Notes: generated from the letters alone by a model not told the origin. A stretch of DNA of 64,000 nucleotides from Escherichia coli (GCF_003334765.1 NZ_QOWT01000022.1), one strand, 5' to 3'; numbered from the stretch's first letter, positions 44,092 through 57,521 are shown. Numbers and translations are program-made.

Positions 44092-45357
44092 ATGGCTTCT
44101 ACTTTTACCAGCGACACATTGCCTGCCGATCACAAAGCAGCTATCCGTCAGATGAAGCACGCGCTGCGGGCGCAGCTTGGCGACGTCCAGCAGATCTTTA
44201 ATCAGCTAAGCGATGACATTGCCACGCGAGTGGCTGAAATCAACGCACTCAAAGCACAGGGCGATGCCGTCTGGCCGGTGCTGTCTTATGCCGATATCAA
44301 AGCAGGTCATGTTACTGCAGAGCAGCGCGAACAGATTAAACGTCGCGGTTGTGCGGTGATAAAAGGCCATTTCCCCCGCGAACAAGCGCTAGGCTGGGAT
44401 CAGTCGATGCTGGACTATCTGGACCGCAACCGCTTTGACGAGGTCTACAAAGGCCCCGGCGATAATTTCTTCGGGACGCTCAGCGCTTCACGTCCCGAGA
44501 TTTACCCCATCTACTGGTCGCAGGCGCAAATGCAGGCCCGCCAGAGTGAAGAAATGGCGAATGCGCAGTCGTTTCTCAATCGTCTGTGGACATTTGAAAG
44601 TGATGGAAAGCAATGGTTTAACCCGGATGTGAGCGTCATCTACCCTGACCGTATCCGCCGCCGTCCGCCCGGAACGACCTCCAAAGGTCTTGGAGCGCAT
44701 ACCGACTCCGGGGCACTGGAACGCTGGCTGCTTCCAGCGTATCAGCGCGTTTTCGCCAACGTCTTTAATGGCAATCTGGCGCAATATGATCCCTGGCATG
44801 CGGCACATCGTACGGAAGTTGAAGAGTACACGGTGGACAACACCACCAAATGTTCCGTGTTTCGGACATTCCAGGGCTGGACAGCGCTCTCTGATATGCT
44901 GCCTGGTCAGGGGCTGCTGCACGTCGTGCCCATTCCTGAAGCTATGGCGTACGTACTGTTACGTCCGCTGCTTGATGATGTGCCGGAGGATGAACTGTGC
45001 GGCGTAGCGCCCGGAAGAGTATTGCCGGTATCAGAGCAATGGCATCCACTGTTGATTGAGGCGTTAACCAGCATTCCAAAACTCGAAGCCGGAGACTCCG
45101 TCTGGTGGCACTGCGACGTCATCCATTCCGTTGCCCCCGTTGAAAATCAACAAGGTTGGGGCAACGTGATGTACATTCCTGCGGCACCGATGTGCGAGAA
45201 AAATCTTGCCTACGCGCACAAGGTGAAGGCCGCACTGGAAAAAGGCGCATCGCCGGGCGACTTCCCGCGCGAGGACTATGAAACAAACTGGGAAGGACGC
45301 TTTACGCTTGCCGACCTCAACATTCACGGTAAGCGAGCGTTGGGCATGGATGTTTGA
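44092..45357 (+). CDS. ybiU: DUF1479-family protein YbiU
   Basis: Start at MASTFTSDTLPADHKAAIRQ. Confidence 0.75.
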   Translation: MASTFTSDTLPADHKAAIRQMKHALRAQLGDVQQIFNQLSDDIATRVAEINALKAQGDAVWPVLSYADIKAGHVTAEQREQIKRRGCAVIKGHFPREQALGWDQSMLDYLDRNRFDEVYKGPGDNFFGTLSASRPEIYPIYWSQAQMQARQSEEMANAQSFLNRLWTFESDGKQWFNPDVSVIYPDRIRRRPPGTTSKGLGAHTDSGALERWLLPAYQRVFANVFNGNLAQYDPWHAAHRTEVEEYTVDNTTKCSVFRTFQGWTALSDMLPGQGLLHVVPIPEAMAYVLLRPLLDDVPEDELCGVAPGRVLPVSEQWHPLLIEALTSIPKLEAGDSVWWHCDVIHSVAPVENQQGWGNVMYIPAAPMCEKNLAYAHKVKAALEKGASPGDFPREDYETNWEGRFTLADLNIHGKRALGMDV

Positions 45358-45439
45358 GAATTAATGGAAGTGAATTGATGTGGGATTAAGAAAATCGATT
45401 CGACGTTACTCAGATTGCTGACAAATGCGCTTTGTTAAT

Positions 45440-45537
45440 GCCTGATGCGGCGTTAACGCCTTATCCGGCCTACAAAGTCCTGCAGATTCAATATATTGCA
45501 GGTACTGCGTAGGCCTGATAAGCGTAGCGCATCAGGC
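45440..45537. repeat. REP/BIME element (two inverted REP units) between ybiU and ybiT
   Basis: gcctgatgcggcgttaacgccttatccggcctac and the inverted copy gtaggcctgataagcgtagcgcatcaggc. Confidence 0.6.
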
Positions 45538-45597
45538 TATTTTGCATTTGTCATCAGCCGCCGTCACCCCGACAGTATCGGGGTGACGGATAATCAC

Positions 45598-47190
45598 TTA
45601 CTCGATCCCTTTACTACGCAGGTAATCTTCGTAATTACCGCTAAAGTCGATCACGCGTTCCGGGGTGATTTCCAGAATGCGGGTCGCCAGGGAGCTTACG
45701 AACTCACGGTCGTGTGAAACAAAGATCAGCGTGCCCTGATACAGTTCCAGTGCCATGTTCAGCGACTCAATGGATTCCATATCCAGGTGGTTGGTCGGTT
45801 CGTCCATGATCAGAATGTTCGGCTTCTGCATCATTAACTTACCAAACAGCATCCGCCCTTTTTCCCCACCGGAAAGCACTTTAGCTGGCTTTTTGATGTC
45901 GTCCTGGCTGAACAGCAAACGACCGAGAATACTGCGTACCGCCTGCTCGTCATCGCCTTCCTGCTTCCACTGGCTCATCCATTCGAACACGGTCAGATCA
46001 TTTTCAAACTCATATTCGTGGTCCTGAGCATAGTAACCAATGCGCGCGTTCTCAGACCATTTTACGGTGCCGCTGTCCGGTTGCAGATCGCCCACCAGCG
46101 TTTTCAGCAGCGTTGATTTACCGACGCCGTTGGTACCCAGTACCGCCAGTTTTTCACCCACTTCCAGCAGCAGGTTGAGATTTTTAAACAGCGGACCGTT
46201 ATCAAACCCTTTGGTCAGACCTTCCACTTCCAGCGCGTTACGGAACAGTTTCTTATCCTGTTCAAAACGGATGAACGGGTTCTGACGGCTGGAGGCTTTC
46301 ACCTCTTCCAGTTTGATTTTATCAATCTGGCGCGCGCGCGAAGTTGCCTGGCGAGATTTCGAGGCGTTGGCGCTAAAGCGGCTAACGAAAGATTGCAACT
46401 CAGCAATCTGCGCTTTCTTCTTGGCGTTATCGGCCAGCAGACGTTCACGCGCCTGGGTCGCCGCCGTCATGTACTCATCGTAGTTACCCGGATAAACGCG
46501 CAGCTCGCCGTAATCCAGATCCGCCATGTGGGTACAGACCATGTTAAGGAAGTGACGGTCGTGCGAGATGATGATCATGGTGCTGTCACGCTCGTTCAGC
46601 ACCTGTTCCAGCCAGCGAATGGTGTCGATGTCGAGGTTGTTGGTCGGTTCGTCGAGCAGGAGAATATCCGGATCAGCAAACAGCGCCTGCGCCAGAAGCA
46701 CACGCAGCTTCCAGCCAGGAGCAACTTCACTCATCGGGCCGTAGTGCTGTTCCACTGGAATTCCCACGCCAAGCAACAGTTCACCGGCGCGAGCTTCCGC
46801 AGAGTAACCGTCCATTTCGCCGTATTTAACTTCCAGATCGGCCACTTTATAGCCGTCTTCTTCACTCATTTCCGGCAAAGCATAGATGCGGTCGCGCTCC
46901 TGCTTCACTTCCCACAACTCTTTATGCCCCATGATCACCGTATCCAGCACAGTGAACTCTTCAAAGGCAAACTGATCCTGACGCAGTTTACCAATGCGCT
47001 CGTTGGGATCGAGGGAAACGTTACCCAGCGTCGGCTCAAGGTCGCCGCCGAGGATCTTCATAAAGGTGGATTTACCACTACCGTTCGCGCCAATCAGGCC
47101 GTAACGGTTGCCGCCGCCAAATTTGACGGAAATGTTTTCAAACAACGGCTTACTGCCGAACTGCATGGTGACGTTACTGGAAACTAACAC
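45598..47190 (-). CDS. ybiT: ABC-F family ATPase YbiT
   Basis: Two ABC domains ([18 protein letters not shown]); 530 aa. Confidence 0.85.
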
Positions 47191-47408
47191 AGGCGTATCC
47201 TGAAAAGAGATATGACAAACCGCGCATTATGCCATAAGTCTGAAAGAAGATCCTGCTCCTCGCTTAAGGTCTACACTCAAGCCAAAGGCAAAAAATGTGA
47301 TTTCGTACACATCTGATTTCACTGTGAGCTGGAATGAACTTATAATGCGCTTCCAATACTCTAATATTCTCAACCCAATGGCCTGCCAGGCACAAAATCT
47401 CGCTTAAC

Positions 47409-48329
47409 ATGAATATGAAATTGAAAACATTATTCGCAGCGGCCTTCGCTGTTGTCGGCTTTTGCAGTACCGCCTCTGCGGTAACTTATCCTCTGCCAAC
47501 CGACGGGAGTCGCCTGGTTGGTCAGAATCAGGTGATCACCATTCCTGAAGGTAACACTCAGCCGCTGGAGTATTTTGCCGCCGAGTACCAGATGGGGCTT
47601 TCCAATATGATGGAAGCGAACCCGGGTGTGGATACCTTCCTGCCGAAAGGCGGTACTGTACTGAACATTCCGCAGCAGCTGATCCTGCCGGATACCGTTC
47701 ATGAAGGCATCGTCATTAACAGTGCTGAGATGCGTCTTTATTACTATCCGAAAGGGACCAACACCGTTATCGTGCTGCCGATCGGCATTGGTCAGTTAGG
47801 CAAAGATACGCCTATCAACTGGACCACCAAAGTTGAGCGTAAAAAAGCAGGCCCGACCTGGACGCCGACCGCCAAAATGCACGCAGAGTACCGCGCTGCG
47901 GGCGAACCGCTTCCGGCTGTCGTTCCGGCAGGTCCGGATAACCCGATGGGGCTGTATGCACTCTATATCGGTCGCCTGTATGCTATCCATGGCACCAACG
48001 CCAACTTCGGTATCGGCCTGCGTGTAAGTCATGGTTGTGTGCGTCTGCGTAACGAAGACATCAAATTCCTGTTCGAGAAAGTACCGGTCGGTACCCGCGT
48101 ACAGTTTATTGATGAGCCGGTAAAAGCGACCACCGAGCCAGACGGCAGCCGTTATATTGAAGTCCATAACCCGCTGTCTACCACCGAAGCCCAGTTTGAA
48201 GGTCAGGAAATTGTGCCAATTACCCTGACGAAGAGCGTGCAGACAGTGACCGGTCAGCCAGATGTTGACCAGGTTGTTCTTGATGAAGCGATTAAAAACC
48301 GCTCCGGGATGCCGGTTCGTCTGAATTAA
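47409..48329 (+). CDS. ldtB: L,D-transpeptidase LdtB (YbiS)
   Basis: Signal peptide; catalytic HGT...SHGCVR motif. Confidence 0.85.
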
Positions 48330-48387
48330 TCTTCAAAACTTAAAGCAAAAGGCGGACTCATAATCCGCCTTTTTTATTTGCCAGACC

Positions 48388-49506
48388 CTAGTTGGCCGGG
48401 AGTATAACTAACAAAACATATCCCACCAACGCCGCCCACAACAGCATCGGTATTGAATAGAGATGGAAACGCCACCAGATGCGGCGATCGTTCGCCATAC
48501 GTAGCGCAATCAAATTTGCCAGCGATCCGGGTAATAACCCAAAGCCACCTACGTTTACCGCCCATACCAGTAATAAAGACGGCGGCACATAGTTCAGCAA
48601 CAATATGGTACTCGGCACGTTACTGATCACCTGCGATAAACCGATTGCCGTTAACCATAACCCGGGTTCAGATAGATGACTCACGTTACCCAACACGCCT
48701 TGCAACGCTGGAAGCTGGGTCAGTAAATGGACGTCGATAAACATCGCCATAAACACCAGCAGCAGCGTCCAGTCCACACTGAGCACCACGCGACGTGCCA
48801 GCAGCGCAAAGCCTGCCGCCACAATCACCAGTCCCCACAGCTCTTGTTTGAACTCCAGCGCCGTCAGAAAGACGATATACAGCCCCAGACAACTCCACAC
48901 CAGCCGCGGTTTCCACTCCGGTGTTTGCACCCCCGTATGGTATTGCATCGCCTTTCCAGGGAAACAACACCAGCACAGGAGCAGGAGCGTCAGCATCATT
49001 GCGCCAGCCAGCGGTGCCATTTGGGCAATAAATCCGGCAAACGAAAGACCAGAACGTCCCCAGATAAGAATATTTTGCGGGTTGCCAATTGGCGTCAGTA
49101 GCGAACCAGCGTTGACTGCCAGCGCCTCAAAAATAATCAGCCGATTAACCGGGATCTCACACAGTCTTTTTAGCGTGATAGTCAGCGGAACAACAATAAA
49201 CAGCGCGACATCGTTGGTCAGAAAGGTAGAAAGCAGCGCCGCCGCCAGCACCATAAACATCGCCAGCCGACGCTCCGTAGCAAAGCGGCGCACCATTTTG
49301 CGCCCCAGCACATCAAAATAACCGCTTAACTCCACACCTTTGGTCAGCAGCATCAGGCCGCTTAAGGTGATGATGGTGTGCCAGTCGATAGCAGCAGGCC
49401 AGGATTTCGGTGCAAAGGGCACGAAAAAGCTTAATCCGATACCAACAAGAATTAATAACTGAAAAAAACGATCGCCTTGCAGCGTGCGTAAAAAAGGCAG
49501 GCTCAT
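48388..49506 (-). CDS. ybiR: Putative transporter YbiR
   Basis: 372-aa polytopic membrane protein in K-12 synteny. Confidence 0.8.
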
Positions 49507-49970
49507 TTGGCACCGTGTTTCTGGGTAAACAAACGAAAAGCGTCGAGCGTCTCTTCACTAACATGGTGCTCCATGCCTTCCGCGTCGCGACGGGCGATTT
49601 CCGGACTGACGCCCAACACCAACAAGAAATTTTCGACTATCTGATGTCGCTCGCGGCTTTCCTGCGCCAGCTTCTCTCCTTCTGCCGTTAAAAACACGCC
49701 ACGCCAGGGGATCATTTCAATCAGCCCCATGGTTGCCAGCCGCTTAAGCATTTTAGCCACCGTCGGTTGCGAAACTCCCAGACGAGCAGCCATGTCCACC
49801 TGACGAGCTTCCCCCACTTCCCTGATCAAGTCAGAAATCAGCTCAACGTAATCATCAATAAGCTCGCGCCGATGCGCCTCTCTGACCTGGCGGAACCCTT
49901 CAACGTGCTCTTCCACGTTCACTAACTGCGTCACTTTTTTTGCTGTTGGCGTACCTGCGCGACGACTCAT
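49503..49970 (-). CDS. mntR: Manganese-responsive regulator MntR
   Basis: 155-aa DtxR-family sequence. Confidence 0.85.
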
Positions 49971-50063
49971 TGTGCTTCCTCATTATGGTGACGCATACAT
50001 AGCGTTCTCATTTCGTGCGCACATTGTAAACCAGAGTTGCGAAGGTACAAAAAATTAACGTTT

Positions 50064-50096
50064 TAGCAATAGCTATATAATATAGCCTGTGCTATA
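50064..50096. promoter_or_regulatory. Candidate MntR operator(s) in the mntS promoter
   Basis: tagcaATAGCtATAtaaTATAGCctgtGCTATA palindromic repeats upstream of mntS. Confidence 0.4.
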
Positions 50097-50155
50097 TCTG
50101 TATGTAATGCAATCATCCCTCAAGGATCGACGGGATTAGCAAGTCAGGAGGTCTT

Positions 50156-50284
50156 ATGAATGAGTTCAAGAGGTGTATGCGCGTGTTTAGTCATTCTCCC
50201 TTTAAAGTACGGTTAATGCTGCTCTCTATGTTGTGCGATATGGTCAACAACAAACCGCAGCAAGATAAACCTTCCGATAAATAG
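50156..50284 (+). CDS. mntS: Small protein MntS (42 aa)
   Basis: AGGAGG then ATG; translation MNEFKRCMRVFSHSPFKVRLMLLSMLCDMVNNKPQQDKPSDK; below the ORF-track size cut-off. Confidence 0.7.
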   Translation: MNEFKRCMRVFSHSPFKVRLMLLSMLCDMVNNKPQQDKPSDK

Positions 50285-50555
50285 CGGCGTCGCGGTACGC
50301 CGCTTCACTCCTGCTTTCATGCAGGCATAACGCGTTTTGGTCTGAAAAACCCCACTTTTTGTCGGATTTGCAATCCCCTTCGCAAAAGATTTGTTCGTCA
50401 GTAGTTGACCTGAACGGCGGCTCGCTCTATCTTCTTGCAGCCCTGCGTATATTGCGGCTCGCGGATGCGGACCCCTTTCCACTCTTCACGCACTCTTGCA
50501 GGTATTGACCCTTGACGCCAGGGTAAGCACATGGCGTTTGTTACGATAGTGGCAT

Positions 50556-52139
50556 ATGAATTTAACCCTCAAAGAATCGCTTGTTACCCGTAGCCGGGTA
50601 TTTAGCCCGTGGACTGCGTTCTACTTTTTACAGTCGCTATTAATTAACCTCGGCTTAGGTTACCCCTTCAGTTTGCTCTACACCGCTGCGTTTACGGCTA
50701 TTTTGCTTTTGCTATGGCGAACATTGCCTCGCGTACAAAAAGTTCTGGTCGGTGTCAGTTCGCTGGTGGCGGCTTGTTATTTCCCTTTTGCTCAGGCCTA
50801 CGGCGCGCCTAATTTCAATACATTGCTGGCATTGCACTCCACCAATATGGAAGAGTCGACCGAAATCCTGACGATTTTTCCGTGGTACAGCTACCTGGTC
50901 GGCTTATTTATTTTTGCGCTCGGCGTAATAGCAATCAGGCGAAAAAAAGAGAATGAAAAAGCGCGCTGGAATACCTTCGACAGCCTGTGTCTGGTATTCA
51001 GTGTGGCGACATTTTTTGTTGCTCCCGTGCAAAACCTGGCCTGGGGTGGCGTATTTAAACTGAAAGATACTGGCTATCCGGTATTTCGTTTTGCTAAGGA
51101 TGTCATCGTCAATAATAACGAGGTGATTGAAGAGCAAGAACGGATGGCAAAACTTTCCGGAATGAAAGATACCTGGACGGTCACTGCCGTTAAGCCGAAG
51201 TATCAGACCTATGTGGTGGTGATCGGTGAAAGCGCGCGTCGCGATGCCCTCGGTGCCTTTGGCGGTCACTGGGACAATACCCCGTTTGCCAGCAGCGTTA
51301 ACGGTTTGATATTTGCTGACTACATTGCCGCCAGTGGCTCCACGCAGAAATCGCTTGGCTTAACGCTCAATCGCGTTGTCGATGGCAAACCACAGTTTCA
51401 GGATAACTTTGTCACCCTGGCAAATCGCGCGGGCTTCCAGACCTGGTGGTTTTCCAACCAGGGTCAAATCGGCGAATACGATACCGCTATCGCCAGCATC
51501 GCCAAACGAGCAGATGAAGTGTACTTCCTGAAAGAAGGTAATTTTGAAGCAGATAAAAACACCAAAGACGAAGCGTTACTGGATATGACCGCTCAAGTGC
51601 TGGCGCAAGAGCACTCGCAACCGCAGCTGATTGTTCTACATCTGATGGGCTCACATCCGCAGGCCTGCGACAGGACACAAGGAAAATACGAAACCTTTGT
51701 GCAATCGAAAGAAACGTCGTGCTATCTCTATACCATGACGCAAACGGACGATTTACTGCGCAAGCTGTACGATCAGTTACGCAACAGCGGCAGCAGCTTC
51801 TCGCTGGTTTACTTTTCTGACCACGGTCTGGCCTTTAAAGAGCGCGGTAAAGACGTGCAATACCTTGCCCATGATGATAAATATCAGCAAAATTTCCAGG
51901 TGCCTTTTATGGTCATTTCCAGCGACGATAAAGCGCATCGTGTGATTAAAGCCCGCCGCTCAGCCAATGACTTCTTAGGCTTTTTCTCCCAGTGGACGGG
52001 GATTAAAGCGAAGGAAATTAACATCAAATACCCGTTTATATCTGAGAAGAAAGCCGGGCCGATATACATCACCAACTTCCAGTTACAGAAGGTGGATTAC
52101 AACCATCTCGGAACCGATATTTTCGACCCGAAACCTTAA
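50556..52139 (+). CDS. opgE: Phosphoethanolamine transferase OpgE (YbiP)
   Basis: 527 aa; membrane N-terminus plus sulfatase-like domain. Confidence 0.8.
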   Translation: MNLTLKESLVTRSRVFSPWTAFYFLQSLLINLGLGYPFSLLYTAAFTAILLLLWRTLPRVQKVLVGVSSLVAACYFPFAQAYGAPNFNTLLALHSTNMEESTEILTIFPWYSYLVGLFIFALGVIAIRRKKENEKARWNTFDSLCLVFSVATFFVAPVQNLAWGGVFKLKDTGYPVFRFAKDVIVNNNEVIEEQERMAKLSGMKDTWTVTAVKPKYQTYVVVIGESARRDALGAFGGHWDNTPFASSVNGLIFADYIAASGSTQKSLGLTLNRVVDGKPQFQDNFVTLANRAGFQTWWFSNQGQIGEYDTAIASIAKRADEVYFLKEGNFEADKNTKDEALLDMTAQVLAQEHSQPQLIVLHLMGSHPQACDRTQGKYETFVQSKETSCYLYTMTQTDDLLRKLYDQLRNSGSSFSLVYFSDHGLAFKERGKDVQYLAHDDKYQQNFQVPFMVISSDDKAHRVIKARRSANDFLGFFSQWTGIKAKEINIKYPFISEKKAGPIYITNFQLQKVDYNHLGTDIFDPKP

Positions 52140-52143
52140 AAAC

Positions 52144-52172
52144 AAAAATCCGCCCCGAGAGGCGGATTTTTT
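52144..52172. terminator. Bidirectional rho-independent terminator between opgE and ompX
   Basis: aaaaa-tccgcc-ccgagag-ggcgga-tttttt. Confidence 0.6.
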
Positions 52173-52187
52173 ATATCACCAAAGTGA

Positions 52188-52703
52188 TTAGAAGCGGTAA
52201 CCAACACCGGCAATCCAGGTGCCTACGTCAACGCTACGAATACGGCTCTGCTCGTAAGAGAAGTCCAGAGCAACGTTTTCCATCGGGTTGAACTGCAGAC
52301 CCGCACCGTAGGAGAAACCGTAGTCGCTGGTGTCGTGTTTGTAGGTCGGGTATTCAGTGGTCTGGAATTTACCATAACCCACACCCACTACACCGTAGAT
52401 GCTTGCCCAGTCGTTAATGCGGTAAGCCGGACCAGCAGTGATGCCGTAGTACTGGTTTTTGTTGTAGTCACCAGAGCTTGCAGTACGGCTTTTCTCGGTG
52501 TAAGTGAAAGAACCGATCACACCCAGCGGGCTGTTGTCTTCTTCATAGCGGTATTTCAGGTTGAAACCGCCCATTTTGTTCATTTGGCCCTGAGCGTCGC
52601 TCTGTGCGTAACCGCCAGTTACAGTAGAAGTCGCAGCTACGGAAGTACCTGCGGTGAAAGCCAGAACTGCGGCCAGTGCTGAAAGACATGCAATTTTTTT
52701 CAT
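52188..52703 (-). CDS. ompX: Outer membrane protein X
   Basis: MKKIACLSALAAVLAFTAGTSVA...GVGYRF, 171 aa. Confidence 0.9.
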   Translation of the reverse strand: MKKIACLSALAAVLAFTAGTSVAATSTVTGGYAQSDAQGQMNKMGGFNLKYRYEEDNSPLGVIGSFTYTEKSRTASSGDYNKNQYYGITAGPAYRINDWASIYGVVGVGYGKFQTTEYPTYKHDTSDYGFSYGAGLQFNPMENVALDFSYEQSRIRSVDVGTWIAGVGYRF

Positions 52704-53055
52704 AACCACCTCAAATGTGATTCAAATAAGTCCTAAGTTTTAAATATATCAAAAATTAATGGGAAACTCTTCGCGATTTGTGATGTCTAACGGGCCATTT
52801 CATGTAACAGAACGTTTCCATACACCGCTATCCATCTAAATTTAAATCACTTTTTCAGAGAACTGCGTAAGTATTACGCATGTTTTCCCTGTCATTCATC
52901 CAGATTATTCCTAATCACCAGACTAATGATTCCATCAATCCTGGCGCATTTTAGTCAAAACGGGGGAAAATTTTTTCAACAAATGCTCAACCAGCATTGG
53001 GTATATCCAGTACACTCCACGCTTTACTTAAGTCTAGATATTTGTGGGAGAAAGG

Positions 53056-53943
53056 ATGCCTGGTTCATTACGTAAAATGCCGGTCTGGTTACCAATAGTC
53101 ATATTGCTCGTTGCCATGGCGTCTATTCAGGGTGGAGCCTCGTTAGCTAAGTCACTTTTTCCTCTGGTGGGCGCACCGGGTGTCACTGCGCTGCGTCTGG
53201 CATTAGGAACGCTGATCCTCATCGCGTTCTTTAAGCCATGGCGACTGCGCTTTGCCAAAGAGCAACGGTTACCGCTGTTGTTTTACGGCGTTTCGCTGGG
53301 TGGGATGAATTATCTTTTTTATCTTTCTATTCAGACAGTACCGCTGGGTATTGCGGTGGCGCTGGAGTTCACCGGACCACTGGCGGTGGCGCTGTTCTCT
53401 TCTCGTCGCCCGGTAGATTTCGTCTGGGTTGTGCTGGCGGTTCTTGGTCTGTGGTTCCTGCTACCGCTGGGGCAAGACGTTTCCCATGTCGATTTAACCG
53501 GCTGTGCGCTGGCACTGGGGGCCGGGGCTTGTTGGGCTATTTACATTTTAAGTGGGCAACGCGCAGGAGCGGAACATGGCCCTGCGACGGTGGCAATTGG
53601 TTCGTTGATTGCAGCGTTAATTTTCGTGCCAATTGGAGCGCTTCAGGCTGGTGAAGCACTCTGGCACTGGTCGGTTATTCCATTGGGTCTGGCTGTCGCT
53701 ATTCTCTCGACCGCTCTGCCTTATTCGCTGGAAATGATTGCCCTCACCCGTTTGCCAACACGGACATTTGGTACGCTGATGAGCATGGAACCGGCGCTGG
53801 CTGCCGTTTCCGGGATGATTTTCCTCGGAGAAACACTGACACCCATACAGCTACTGGCGCTCGGCGCTATCATCGCCGCTTCAATGGGGTCTACGCTGAC
53901 AGTACGCAAAGAGAGCAAAATAAAAGAATTAGACATTAATTAA
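53056..53943 (+). CDS. rhtA: Threonine/homoserine exporter RhtA
   Basis: Start MPGSLRKMPVWLPIV; DMT-family membrane protein. Confidence 0.85.
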   Translation: MPGSLRKMPVWLPIVILLVAMASIQGGASLAKSLFPLVGAPGVTALRLALGTLILIAFFKPWRLRFAKEQRLPLLFYGVSLGGMNYLFYLSIQTVPLGIAVALEFTGPLAVALFSSRRPVDFVWVVLAVLGLWFLLPLGQDVSHVDLTGCALALGAGACWAIYILSGQRAGAEHGPATVAIGSLIAALIFVPIGALQAGEALWHWSVIPLGLAVAILSTALPYSLEMIALTRLPTRTFGTLMSMEPALAAVSGMIFLGETLTPIQLLALGAIIAASMGSTLTVRKESKIKELDIN

Positions 53944-54097
53944 ATTTACATTTCTGCATGGTTATGCATAACCATGCAGAATTTCTCGCTACTTTTCCTC
54001 TACACCGTCTTTATATATCGAATTATGCAAAAGCATATTTATTCCGAAAATTCCTGGCGAGCAGATAAATAAGAATTGTTCTTATCAATATATCTAA

Positions 54098-54745
<648 letters not shown>

Positions 54746-54976
54746 ATCCATCGCTGATGGTGCAGAACTTTAGTACCCGATAAAAGCGGCTTCCTGACAG
54801 GAGGCCGTTTTGTTTTGCAGCCCACCTCAACGCACTTATTTAGTGCATCCATCTGCTATCTCCAGCTGATTAAGTAAATTTTTTGTATCCACATCATCAC
54901 ACAATCGTTACATAAAGATTGTTTTTTCATCAGGTTTTACGCTAAATAATCACTGTGTTGAGTGCACAATTTTAGC

Positions 54977-55095
54977 GCACCAGATTGGTGCCCCAGAATG
55001 GTGCATCTTCAGGGTATTGCCCTATAAATCGTGCATCACGTTTTTGCCGCATCTCGAAAAATCAAGGAGTTGCAAAACTGGCACGATTTTTTCAT
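54977..55095 (+). promoter_or_regulatory. glnHPQ control region: two NtrC-like sites and a sigma-54 promoter
   Basis: GCACCAgattGGTGC and ccagaaTGGTGCAtc; TGGCACgatttTTTCA at 55079-55094. Confidence 0.45.
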
Positions 55096-55133
55096 ATATG
55101 TGAATGTCACGCAGGGGATCGTCCCGTGGATAG

Positions 55134-55895
<762 letters not shown>

Positions 55896-56033
55896 TAACG
55901 CTACACCTGTAAAACGCACTGGCAGTTCCCTCTCCCCTATGGGGAGAGGATTAGGGTGAGGGGCGCAAACCCGCTCCGGGGCCATTAATTACCCTGAATT
56001 TGATTATTTACACCACGGTAACAGGAACAACAT

Positions 56034-56693
56034 ATGCAGTTTGACTGGAGTGCCATCTGGCCTGCCATTCCGCTTCTGATTGAAGGTGCCAAAATGACCC
56101 TGTGGATTTCGGTCCTCGGTCTGGCAGGCGGTCTGGTAATCGGATTGCTGGCAGGTTTTGCACGCACCTTCGGAGGTTGGATAGCCAACCACGTCGCGCT
56201 GGTCTTTATTGAAGTGATCCGCGGCACACCTATCGTCGTCCAGGTGATGTTTATTTATTTCGCCCTGCCGATGGCGTTTAACGACTTACGCATCGACCCA
56301 TTTACTGCGGCGGTGGTCACCATCATGATCAACTCCGGCGCGTATATTGCGGAAATCACGCGTGGTGCGGTGCTGTCTATCCACAAAGGTTTTCGTGAAG
56401 CAGGACTGGCGCTCGGTCTTTCACGTTGGGAAACCATTCGCTACGTCATTTTACCGCTGGCACTGCGTCGTATGCTGCCGCCGCTGGGTAACCAGTGGAT
56501 CATCAGCATTAAAGACACCTCGCTGTTTATTGTGATCGGCGTGGCGGAACTGACCCGTCAGGGGCAAGAAATTATTGCCGGTAACTTCCGCGCCCTTGAG
56601 ATCTGGAGCGCCGTGGCGGTGTTCTATCTGATTATTACCCTGGTGCTGAGCTTTATTCTGCGTCGTCTGGAAAGAAGGATGAAAATCCTGTGA
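56034..56693 (+). CDS. glnP: Glutamine ABC transporter permease GlnP
   Basis: 219 aa. Confidence 0.9.
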
Positions 56694-57412
56694 TTGAATT
56701 TAAAAACGTCTCCAAGCACTTTGGCCCAACCCAGGTGCTGCACAATATCGATTTGAACATTGCCCAGGGCGAAGTCGTGGTGATTATCGGGCCGTCCGGT
56801 TCCGGTAAATCGACCCTGCTGCGCTGCATCAACAAACTGGAAGAAATCACCTCCGGCGATCTGATTGTCGATGGCCTGAAGGTTAACGATCCGAAAGTTG
56901 ACGAGCGCCTGATTCGCCAGGAAGCAGGTATGGTGTTCCAGCAGTTTTACCTCTTCCCGCATCTGACAGCGCTGGAAAACGTCATGTTTGGCCCGCTACG
57001 CGTGCGTGGCGCGAACAAAGAAGAGGCGGAAAAACTGGCACGTGAGCTGCTGGCGAAAGTCGGTCTGGCAGAACGTGCACATCACTACCCTTCCGAACTT
57101 TCTGGTGGTCAACAGCAGCGTGTGGCGATTGCCCGCGCGCTGGCGGTGAAGCCGAAAATGATGCTGTTTGATGAACCGACTTCCGCTCTTGACCCGGAAC
57201 TGCGCCATGAAGTGCTGAAGGTTATGCAGGATCTGGCTGAAGAAGGGATGACGATGGTGATCGTGACCCACGAAATCGGTTTTGCCGAGAAAGTAGCTTC
57301 GCGGCTGATCTTTATCGACAAAGGCCGGATTGCGGAAGATGGCAATCCGCAGGTGTTGATCAAGAACCCGCCGAGCCAGCGCTTGCAGGAATTTTTGCAG
57401 CACGTCTCTTAA
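56690..57412 (+). CDS. glnQ: Glutamine ABC transporter ATPase GlnQ
   Basis: Walker [10 protein letters not shown]; 240 aa. Confidence 0.9.
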
Positions 57413-57423
57413 TAAGACACATT

Positions 57424-57521
57424 GCCTGATGCGCTACGCTTATCAGGCCTACAGGATATCTGGCAACTTATTAAAATTGCATGAACTTGTAGGACGGATA
57501 AGGCGTTCACGCCGCATCCGG
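57424..57521. repeat. REP/BIME element downstream of glnQ
   Basis: gcctgatgcgctacgcttatcaggcctac and gtaggacggataaggcgttcacgccgcatccggc. Confidence 0.6.

Noticed and set aside
46393-47187. 264-aa plus-strand ORF
   Set aside because: Antisense to ybiT, a conserved ABC-F ATPase with two Walker A motifs; shadow ORF.
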